A stretch of 64,000 bases of DNA from the NCBI GenBank assembly GCA_045535205.1, contig JAZSLF010000097.1, positions 3,860 through 67,859 of the forward strand. Reading direction: 5' to 3'. Of the stretch, positions 58,601-64,000 are shown piece by piece (within the stretch, counting starts at the first letter, position 1; each line of letters opens with the position of its first letter). Both the position numbers and the translations under genes were made by a program. The stretch comes from Eubacteriales bacterium. GTDB lineage: Bacteria > Bacillota > Clostridia > Oscillospirales > CAG-272. The notes beneath the pieces were generated by a model. That model ran no database searches. It had not been told where the DNA came from and saw only the letters and a list, made by a program, of their open reading frames with translations.

Positions 58601-59247
58601 TTGAATGTGTAGGACTCAAGGGTATTGTTTACAACGTAAACTACGCTTGGGATGAAATCACTATGTTCCATATTCCCGATATGACTAAGTCAGGATATAC
58701 AGCACAGACAATAGTTCCTGCAGACTACTCTCAGGTTGCAAGAGAGCTTTATCCCACAACAGGTAACAACGCAAACGGCGACGTTTATATCACAAGCGAT
58801 AACAAGATGCACGTTCTTACAACAACAAGAATGCACGGCAGAGATCATCACGATACACAGTATTACCAGATGTGGCACACAGTATATGATATCGCAACTC
58901 CCGGTGCAGAACCCAAGCTTCTGTTCAACGAACCCATCGCATTCGCATCTCCTTCAAACTTCTACTGTATGAGAATGATCGAAAACACAGATGGCGAACT
59001 CCACATCCTTGCAATGCCTGTTGACAGAGATGCAAGAGTAGAAATATGGAAAGCTGATGATTCACTCGGAAAGACATTCTCCCTTGTTGCATGTCAGAAC
59101 TTTACACAAAAGAATGAGGTAACAACATCACTTATCATTTGTTCACCCAGAAACGGATCTATAGTTGATAACAAGGTTCCTTGTATGTATCCTATTGATT
59201 CATCCGGTCAGAGCAGATATATGTACTTTGAAGTAACACTCCCTTAA
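55666..59247 (+). CDS. secreted LamG-like/internal-dockerin protein, paralogue C (most divergent)
   Basis: GGAGG before ATG 55666. Signal peptide 'LVLALMMIISSMAIISSAA'. 'THWRRVELQYTSAGCTVYLDGV'. Dockerin at 56344..56511. Confidence 0.85.
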   Translation: MKRILSLVLALMMIISSMAIISSAAPSEQCLELSGDNVYSFLTNMSINATDSSISFEISMAADAEGAPVLAINAGAVEITPTHIKVGSQTKSIEWGEVASTHWRRVELQYTSAGCTVYLDGVQVTSVAGQTCRTDGVILIGYPGIIMIDNFKVVSAGVVTTELNFEDEGEYLNHKHGDSTASRSPVPEGSYCDYEEVVLPDNIEYIFDSAANCESLTIGSEETILIGDLTGDGIINARDILKMKRVTIHGEAVDTRKADFNEDGLVNGKDSLMMKRTVSGLLQAVTKVFGSAEALPFEATQQSAKFVASETVSNGIDATLNMSEISSDDYKYAVITYMTPNSSEISNSDAAVESAFGAYGNLVSYELNTDGRYHAQIVDLSNVSTWNGDSATLRLFVGANVGDTIYIDSIIFTASLARANSVATAREAAKASYSITDAPIKEGLGYYFGDDYVVPFNSEGKLEYVSNSNNSRIEYSATQNAIKATATAGADPSIYVDLTEEGISADTYKYIVYTYNMPTTVQRQGPKANFYYVCGNIDVPTGGYECPTFSCTKSSEFKTQIVDLSANSNWSGSIKGLRIDYFTDAIVGDCVYIDSLVFCKSLSAANTAARLRLEERYGVAEVDAAGVWNNYWNYYQNQNGYEFIAGSATNLQMYFKYSSESALTARSLGDRFARAISNATGYEVTAEVYGGFVELHSSWSNSSPNAYVFYTIRYNGEAYVVRVKTNIIKDSSYSDVLDGTSADPQVGYENTSNWASDGYAITDSKKLASFSSYLAYHSNHEAKMLKTPYGTFAVYHTYADMDRGNYTGAGKITLFRIYDDGSYKALGEYSVTAHTTKPQLIYGDDGLVYFICPDDDFDDPAYASISLGYFDPSKPNADGSYNITYSRTNRAYPGGDAPGGYGYSQPVMDKTTGKIQIFYCGGRDELGFYVCWFTYNYRTHQWEGGNSTVMWDHYRNCYLYTFPDGKGGMYIIGERACLLECVGLKGIVYNVNYAWDEITMFHIPDMTKSGYTAQTIVPADYSQVARELYPTTGNNANGDVYITSDNKMHVLTTTRMHGRDHHDTQYYQMWHTVYDIATPGAEPKLLFNEPIAFASPSNFYCMRMIENTDGELHILAMPVDRDARVEIWKADDSLGKTFSLVACQNFTQKNEVTTSLIICSPRNGSIVDNKVPCMYPIDSSGQSRYMYFEVTLP

Positions 59248-59277
59248 TTAATTAAGTTAATTTCAAGTGTTAATTAT

Positions 59278-59310
59278 TCAGCACCCATAGTTATCTATGG
59301 GTGCTGATTT
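59278..59310 (+). terminator. terminator of paralogue C
   Basis: TCAGCACCCATAG-ttat-CTATGGGTGCTGA followed by TTT. Confidence 0.7.
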
Positions 59311-59382
59311 AATAAAATAGGAAAGCAGAGAAGAAACGTTGGGTATAATTATCAATAATTATTTCTAACTGATCTATACCTG

Positions 59383-59414
59383 CAATTATACAAAATGAAA
59401 ATTTTGTATAATTG
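59383..59414. promoter_or_regulatory. 14-bp perfect palindrome upstream of coaX (candidate operator overlapping a -10-like TATAAT)
   Basis: CAATTATACAAAAT (59383..59396), gaaa loop, ATTTTGTATAATTG (59401..59414). Confidence 0.4.
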
Positions 59415-59446
59415 AGAGAATGTATTTTTATATTTTGGAGGTTAAA

Positions 59447-60253
59447 ATGCTTATTGCAGCTGACATTGGTAATTCAAACATAAAATTCGGAATTTTCAAC
59501 CTGAACTCCGATGAGTTTTATGAGCCGCTGTGTACGTTTATGATATCATCACTGTCTCCCAAAAGCATTGATGAGTATGTTCTGATAATTCGTTCTTTGT
59601 TAAACGCCAAGGGTTTTGATAAAGATGTTAAACGATGTGTTATTTCTTCCGTCGCTCCGTCATTAACTCACAATGTAGCGGCTGCACTTCGTGAGATCAC
59701 ACGAAGCCAACCTTTTTATATTGGTTCAGGCACAAAAACTGGATTTACTATTTATACAGATAATCCGGCTGAGCTCGGCTCTGATATTGTGTGTAACGTT
59801 GCGGCGACGTTAAAGCTGTTTAATCCTCCTGCCGTTATTGTTGACATGGGTACTGCGACCACAATATCCTTTGTCGATGATAAAAAACAATTTATAGGTG
59901 CCGCAATTTTACCGGGGGCTTCCATGGCATTAAACTCATTGTGTGAATCAACAGAGCTTATCGGAAAATACCCTTTAAAGAAGCCCAAATCTATCCTTGG
60001 GAAAAATACGGCAGACAGCGTTATTGCAGGTGTGATCTACGGGAATGTGTTCACAATTAATTCATATATTGAGCATATTCTCAGGAGTAAGGCGTCTCTT
60101 GATATTAATAAAGAACTTCGGTTTATTGCAACAGGCGGAAATGCAAAAAGTATTATTCCCTATTGTAATGACGAATACGAGATAGTAGAAAATCTTACAG
60201 TAATCGGTGCAGCCATACTTTATAAGAAAAACCAACCATATAAAAAATATTAA
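59447..60253 (+). CDS. coaX: type III pantothenate kinase
   Basis: 'MLIAADIGNSNIKFGIF' (ASKHA phosphate-1 motif of CoaX), 'VDMGTATT' and 'ATGGNA'. GGAGG RBS before ATG 59447. Confidence 0.88.
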   Translation: MLIAADIGNSNIKFGIFNLNSDEFYEPLCTFMISSLSPKSIDEYVLIIRSLLNAKGFDKDVKRCVISSVAPSLTHNVAAALREITRSQPFYIGSGTKTGFTIYTDNPAELGSDIVCNVAATLKLFNPPAVIVDMGTATTISFVDDKKQFIGAAILPGASMALNSLCESTELIGKYPLKKPKSILGKNTADSVIAGVIYGNVFTINSYIEHILRSKASLDINKELRFIATGGNAKSIIPYCNDEYEIVENLTVIGAAILYKKNQPYKKY

Positions 60254-60271
60254 TTCATAAAGCTTGAATGA

Positions 60272-60300
60272 TTGACATTTGTATTTTTTGATGATATAAT
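60272..60300 (+). promoter_or_regulatory. consensus sigma-A promoter of the ECF S-component gene
   Basis: TTGACA (60272..60277), 17 nt, TATAAT (60295..60300). Confidence 0.55.
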
Positions 60301-60380
60301 CAAAAACATAAAATTTTACATACGTTTCACCATAAGAGTTTATGGGAGGCAGTATTGGGTTAAAGTCCCAGGAGGTAATT

Positions 60381-61034
60381 GTGTCAAAGCAATCTCACAA
60401 CAAACTTGTAAGGCTCGTTTTTTTAGGGCTTCTGTCAGCAATCGTTATCATTTTTCAATTGCTTGGCAACTTCATTAATCTTGGTATTACGTCAGTGTCT
60501 TTAGTTCTTGTTCCTGTTGTAATCGGTGCTGTAGCATTGGGTTATAAAGAAGGAGCTTGGCTTGGCTTTCTTTCAGGCTGTGTAATACTATTTTCAGGTG
60601 CTGCAGCGGCTTTCTTTTCACTCAGCCCCATCGGAACGGCTGTTATCGTTCTTTTAAAAGGTACGCTGTCAGGTTTAGCAGCAGGTCTTGTTTATTCAGG
60701 TATAGAGAAACTAAGTGGAAAATTCCCTATTGCATTAACAGTTGTTAGTAGAGTTTTAGCTACATATTTAGCAGCAATCGTATGCCCTGTAGTTAACACA
60801 GGCGTTTATGTAATCGGTTGTTTAACCGTATTCAAGCCTTTTCTTACGAAATTCGGATTCGAAGGTGGAAATATTTTGATGTTTGTATTTATAACTATGG
60901 TCGGATTAAACTTCCCCTTTGAGCTTGTATTAAATATAATTCTTTCGCCAGTTATTAGCGCTATTAGCAAACTCGGAGTTACATATTTTAACAAAAAAGA
61001 AAAAAAGTCTGACGTTTATAGAAAAAAAGCCTGA
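60381..61034 (+). CDS. ECF transporter S component (possibly pantothenate-specific, PanT-like)
   Basis: About 217 aa with 6 TM helices and a Gly/Ala-rich S-component pattern. AGGAGG lies before GTG 60381. The substrate guess rests only on adjacency to coaX. Confidence 0.6.
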   Translation: MSKQSHNKLVRLVFLGLLSAIVIIFQLLGNFINLGITSVSLVLVPVVIGAVALGYKEGAWLGFLSGCVILFSGAAAAFFSLSPIGTAVIVLLKGTLSGLAAGLVYSGIEKLSGKFPIALTVVSRVLATYLAAIVCPVVNTGVYVIGCLTVFKPFLTKFGFEGGNILMFVFITMVGLNFPFELVLNIILSPVISAISKLGVTYFNKKEKKSDVYRKKA

Positions 61035-61129
61035 CTTTTTTTACAATTATTCATTTTACCTCTTCCATTTTATTGATTAATATGTTATCATTAGTTATGT
61101 AATATAAAAGAATTTTTGGAGGCATCATC

Positions 61130-61558
61130 ATGCAAACTGTAAAAATGAGAGTAATTTACTCTACACCTAAAAAGAAGGTTATTACCTTCGCAACCGCAAT
61201 TTCCGAAGCATTTAAGTGTCAGGTAGACGACGTTCCCCCCGCATTTCCCTGCGATAAGGAAAAGCTCGTTGTTATCTGCCTTACAATGAAGGATATGCCC
61301 AACGATAAGCTCAGAAGATTCTGCGGCGAGCTCAATAAACAGAGAGCTCTTAACGTTGCTCTCGTTGTTGACGGCGACAAGGACAGCAAGGGTGTTAAGG
61401 TCGTTAAGGATATCCTTACAGAAGCAGGTACAAACGTACTTGATGACATCTACACCATTGATGGCGGTAAGTTCTCATTCGTTAAAAAGATCTCTCTTGA
61501 AGAAAGAACAAATATCGTTAAGTGGGTCGAAGGCATAATCGCAGCAAACTTTGACTAA
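61130..61558 (+). CDS. hypothetical protein (flavodoxin-like alternation of beta/alpha segments)
   Basis: 142 aa. GGAGG RBS. No diagnostic motif. Confidence 0.45.
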   Translation: MQTVKMRVIYSTPKKKVITFATAISEAFKCQVDDVPPAFPCDKEKLVVICLTMKDMPNDKLRRFCGELNKQRALNVALVVDGDKDSKGVKVVKDILTEAGTNVLDDIYTIDGGKFSFVKKISLEERTNIVKWVEGIIAANFD

Positions 61559-61573
61559 TCGTAAATACAAAAA

Positions 61574-61595
61574 CCTCAAGCAACATCGCTTGAGG
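61574..61595. terminator. bidirectional terminator
   Basis: AAAACCTCAAGC-aacatc-GCTTGAGGTTTT between convergent genes. Confidence 0.7.
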
Positions 61596-61623
61596 TTTTC
61601 TACTATTCCCTATCATATTTGCC

Positions 61624-62358
61624 TTATGCTTTTTTAGCTTCAAGATAATTGATCTTAAAGCCTTTGGCTGAAAAATTACGCTCATATTCGGTCTGAATGT
61701 TGTTTTCATTCTTTATATCAGTATGGAGATCCTTAGTGTAGTATACAAGCTCAAGCTCTGAATTTTCAACTGTTTCAAGTGAATATTCAAACAACTGAAT
61801 ATTGTCAGTTTTGAAAATAAACATTCCTCCGGGTTTTAAAAGACTGTTATAAATCTTGAGAAATCCGGGTGCAGTAAGGCGTCTGTCAGCCTGTCCGTTT
61901 TTAGTCCACGGGTCGCTGAAATTTGCATAGATCGTGTCAAATGTTTCGGGAGGAAACATTTTAGTAAGCTCACCGGCATCTCCGGGAATAAATCTTACGT
62001 TACCCCTCATTTCCATCGGTATATCCCAGCATTCACCATCTTCATATATATGACCGTCAGGACCTTGCCAGTTACCGTGAGGAGAAAGTCCTCCAAGACC
62101 TCTTGACGAAGCATATTTTTCAGCAGCAACCACTATAACGTCATTTACTTTTTCCATAGCAAAATAATTATATTCATTATCACGCTTTGAAAGCTGACAT
62201 ATAAAATCACCTTTTCCGCAGCCTATTTCAAGACGAAGGGGAAAACTATTTTTAAACAAAGAATCAAAATTTCCCTCGTACTTTGCAGGATTTTCACATA
62301 TTATAGAAGAAAGTGCAAAAAGTCTTTGTGCTCCACGCTTTTTTTTTCGCATTCTCAT
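61624..62358 (-). CDS. trmB: tRNA (guanine46-N7)-methyltransferase
   Basis: 'LEIGCGKGDF', 'NFSDPWTK', 'FKTDN..LFEYS' and 'TEYE..F' motifs. Carries an extra ~30-aa insert. See findings. Confidence 0.88.
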   Translation of the reverse strand: MRMRKKKRGAQRLFALSSIICENPAKYEGNFDSLFKNSFPLRLEIGCGKGDFICQLSKRDNEYNYFAMEKVNDVIVVAAEKYASSRGLGGLSPHGNWQGPDGHIYEDGECWDIPMEMRGNVRFIPGDAGELTKMFPPETFDTIYANFSDPWTKNGQADRRLTAPGFLKIYNSLLKPGGMFIFKTDNIQLFEYSLETVENSELELVYYTKDLHTDIKNENNIQTEYERNFSAKGFKINYLEAKKA

Positions 62359-62454
62359 ATTGAAATTTGCTCCTTTTTTTGTTATTATAGTAATGATACA
62401 TTATTATAATAAAAAATTCAAGTAATTATAAAAAATTTCCTACGAGGTAATACA

Positions 62455-63408
62455 ATGGAAATTAAAGCCTTTTTAATTGGATTTGAACAGTCCCTGATCG
62501 AAAACGGGCTGACAAAGGAAGCATCCCGTCATCATACCCTGAAGGTTGCAAAAGCACTCACAGATAGCGATAAAAAAAGAATTGCTTCTTTCAATGACTT
62601 GGTTCAAGTTGAAGAGCTTGCGACAAATTACGTTATCAGACTGCGTAAAAAAAATGAGAGCATAAAAGACACCGTAAATAACGACGTAAATTCAACCACT
62701 GCAACCATATCGAAAAATTTCAGTAAGTCTATTGCTGTAAATGATGATAAAACCGATGTAAAAGTATATACACGCAGGGATGACACTTCAAATAAAACTG
62801 CCTCGGAAGCAAAGACCATGCTATTTACTTCTGTTAAAACAGAGAGCACTTCAAATACAGATACATCGAACTTCAAGACAACACAGATCAAAGCAGTTCA
62901 CAACAGAGAAAAGAAGAATTCGGACAATAATTTCACATCAACTGAAAGCACAAAGATCATTTCAAAGGTCGGTAATTCCAAGCAACAGCTTTCTGCAGAG
63001 GGTAAAAAAGAATTTGCAAAAAGAATTGCTCCTAAAGCTCCTTTGATTGCTCTCGGATTTGTGGGAGCAGGCGTTGGTGCACTTGCAGTGTACATCCTCA
63101 TCGGAGCTCTGATTCTTTTCTTTATTTTGCTTCTTGTAGCCTTGATAGCAGTCGGCGGTGTTGGTACATTTGCGGGGCTGATTTACGGAATTATCAAAAT
63201 ATTCTCCGTTCTTCCCGAGGGTCTTTATGAGATCGGATTTGCTTTAGCACTTGCGGGAGTCACTTTAGCACTTTCAATTTGCAGTTATAATACCGCTGTG
63301 CGTGCAATTCCGATTTTATGGAAAAAATTCTCTGATTTTCTTTCCGGTTGCTTAAAGAAATATAAAGCATATATAAACCGCATCAGAAAGGAGTGTGCCG
63401 GAGCATGA
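62455..63408 (+). CDS. hypothetical membrane protein (helical N-domain, S/T/N-rich linker, C-terminal TM bundle; DUF1700-like architecture)
   Basis: The architecture, and translational coupling (ATGA) to a downstream DUF4097-like ORF, resemble DUF1700/DUF4097 pairs. Sequence similarity not verified. Confidence 0.4.
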   Translation: MEIKAFLIGFEQSLIENGLTKEASRHHTLKVAKALTDSDKKRIASFNDLVQVEELATNYVIRLRKKNESIKDTVNNDVNSTTATISKNFSKSIAVNDDKTDVKVYTRRDDTSNKTASEAKTMLFTSVKTESTSNTDTSNFKTTQIKAVHNREKKNSDNNFTSTESTKIISKVGNSKQQLSAEGKKEFAKRIAPKAPLIALGFVGAGVGALAVYILIGALILFFILLLVALIAVGGVGTFAGLIYGIIKIFSVLPEGLYEIGFALALAGVTLALSICSYNTAVRAIPILWKKFSDFLSGCLKKYKAYINRIRKECAGA

Positions 63409-64000
63409 AGCCTATGTCTAAGTTTTTCCTTGTTGTAGCCGGCATACTGACAGTATTCGGAATTATTGTTTGCCTTATTGCATCAAGTATTGCAAAATCA
63501 AACGGTATACTTCTCTTCCCTCAAAAGACTGACGGCAAATACATATATACCGTTGAGCTTAATAATACGGAAATATCAAAAATATCACTTGATGCGACAG
63601 ATGCAGACATTAACGTTTACACAGGTAATGACAACGAATATATTGAATTCATAAATTTCAATGAAAACTATTATTCTATATCCACAACAAACAGAGTAAT
63701 TTCCTTCGATGAATACGTTGACATTTCATCAATGCTTACTTTTTGGGATTCTGATTACACCTTTAAAGGAATACGATCTCTTCTCAGACTCGGTAATAAA
63801 ATAGAAGGAACTAAGGAAATCAACATCTATATCTCCGATGAAAGAGATATCAATATTCTTGATTTTACAATTGCAAACGGTAATATTAACGTTTCGGATA
63901 TGTCGACAGAAACCGATTATAAGTTCTGTTTAGATAAAGGAAAAGTATCTTTCACCAACATATCAACCGTATCAAGCGTGTCTGTCACCGCAAATTACAG
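63405..64000 (+). CDS. DUF4097-like membrane-anchored beta-repeat protein (3' end outside window); absent from the supplied ORF track
   Basis: ATG 63405 overlaps the upstream TGA. I translated the frame to position 64000 without meeting a stop: 'MKPMSKFFLVVAGILTVFGIIVCLIASS...ISLDATDADINVYTG...DFTIANGNINVSD...'. Confidence 0.6.
   Translation, partial: MKPMSKFFLVVAGILTVFGIIVCLIASSIAKSNGILLFPQKTDGKYIYTVELNNTEISKISLDATDADINVYTGNDNEYIEFINFNENYYSISTTNRVISFDEYVDISSMLTFWDSDYTFKGIRSLLRLGNKIEGTKEINIYISDERDINILDFTIANGNINVSDMSTETDYKFCLDKGKVSFTNISTVSSVSVTANY

Noticed and set aside
60301-60380. Possible riboswitch (preQ1-, THF- or other class) in the leader of the ECF S-component gene.
   Set aside because: The TTGGG...CCCAG hairpin superficially resembles a preQ1-I P1 stem. 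However, the conserved loop residues and the A-rich 3' tail are absent, and I recognise no other riboswitch core. Kept only as a 'structured leader' in a finding.
1-64000. Scanned for CRISPR arrays, rRNA and tRNA genes, transposases, integrases, phage modules, toxin-antitoxin pairs and known defence-system hallmarks.
   Set aside because: I saw no regularly spaced direct repeats, no tRNA T-arm or acceptor signatures, and no DDE, tyrosine- or serine-recombinase, nuclease or helicase defence-type ORFs. The accessory content here consists of surface and secreted proteins rather than mobile or defence elements.

Overview
This AT-rich 64-kb chromosomal segment comes from a spore-forming, low-GC Clostridia genome. 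The dockerin-bearing secreted proteins suggest an Oscillospiraceae/Ruminococcus-like organism, but that is inference only. All calls rest on motif recognition by eye; no searches were run.

Most of the window is conserved core.
- Translation and central metabolism: gltX (partial)-glnS, alr, a TAXI-type TRAP transporter, PPi-type pfk and prfB.
- The conserved yqfC-yqfD-phoH-ybeY-era-recO-mutS2 block.
- Further housekeeping genes: yajC, DUF512-der-plsY, coaX plus an ECF S-component, and trmB.
- A dense set of sporulation genes: spoIIAA-spoIIAB-sigF, ylbJ, dpaAB, an intact sigK and spoIIID.

Two accessory islands stand out.
- Island 1 (9.9-18.7 kb) holds two tandem TuaH-like glycosyltransferase paralogues. 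They are divergent from a 1,880-aa secreted protein with a Cys/His-repeat region, a LamG-like module, a MucBP-like module and a C-terminal dockerin. That gene is co-transcribed with an 82-aa four-Cys peptide that lacks a signal peptide.
- Island 2 (48.2-59.3 kb) holds three tandem ~1,190-aa paralogues. Each has its own near-consensus promoter and terminator. The shared architecture is signal peptide, LamG-like module, internal dockerin, two copies of an unknown beta-sandwich-like module, and a His-rich C-terminal domain I cannot assign to any characterised family. This is the best candidate for something undescribed.

A ~290-bp highly structured intergenic element sits between mutS2 and dpaB, bracketed by a duplicated 22-nt terminator sequence. 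I saw no rRNA or tRNA genes, CRISPR arrays, transposases or phage genes.
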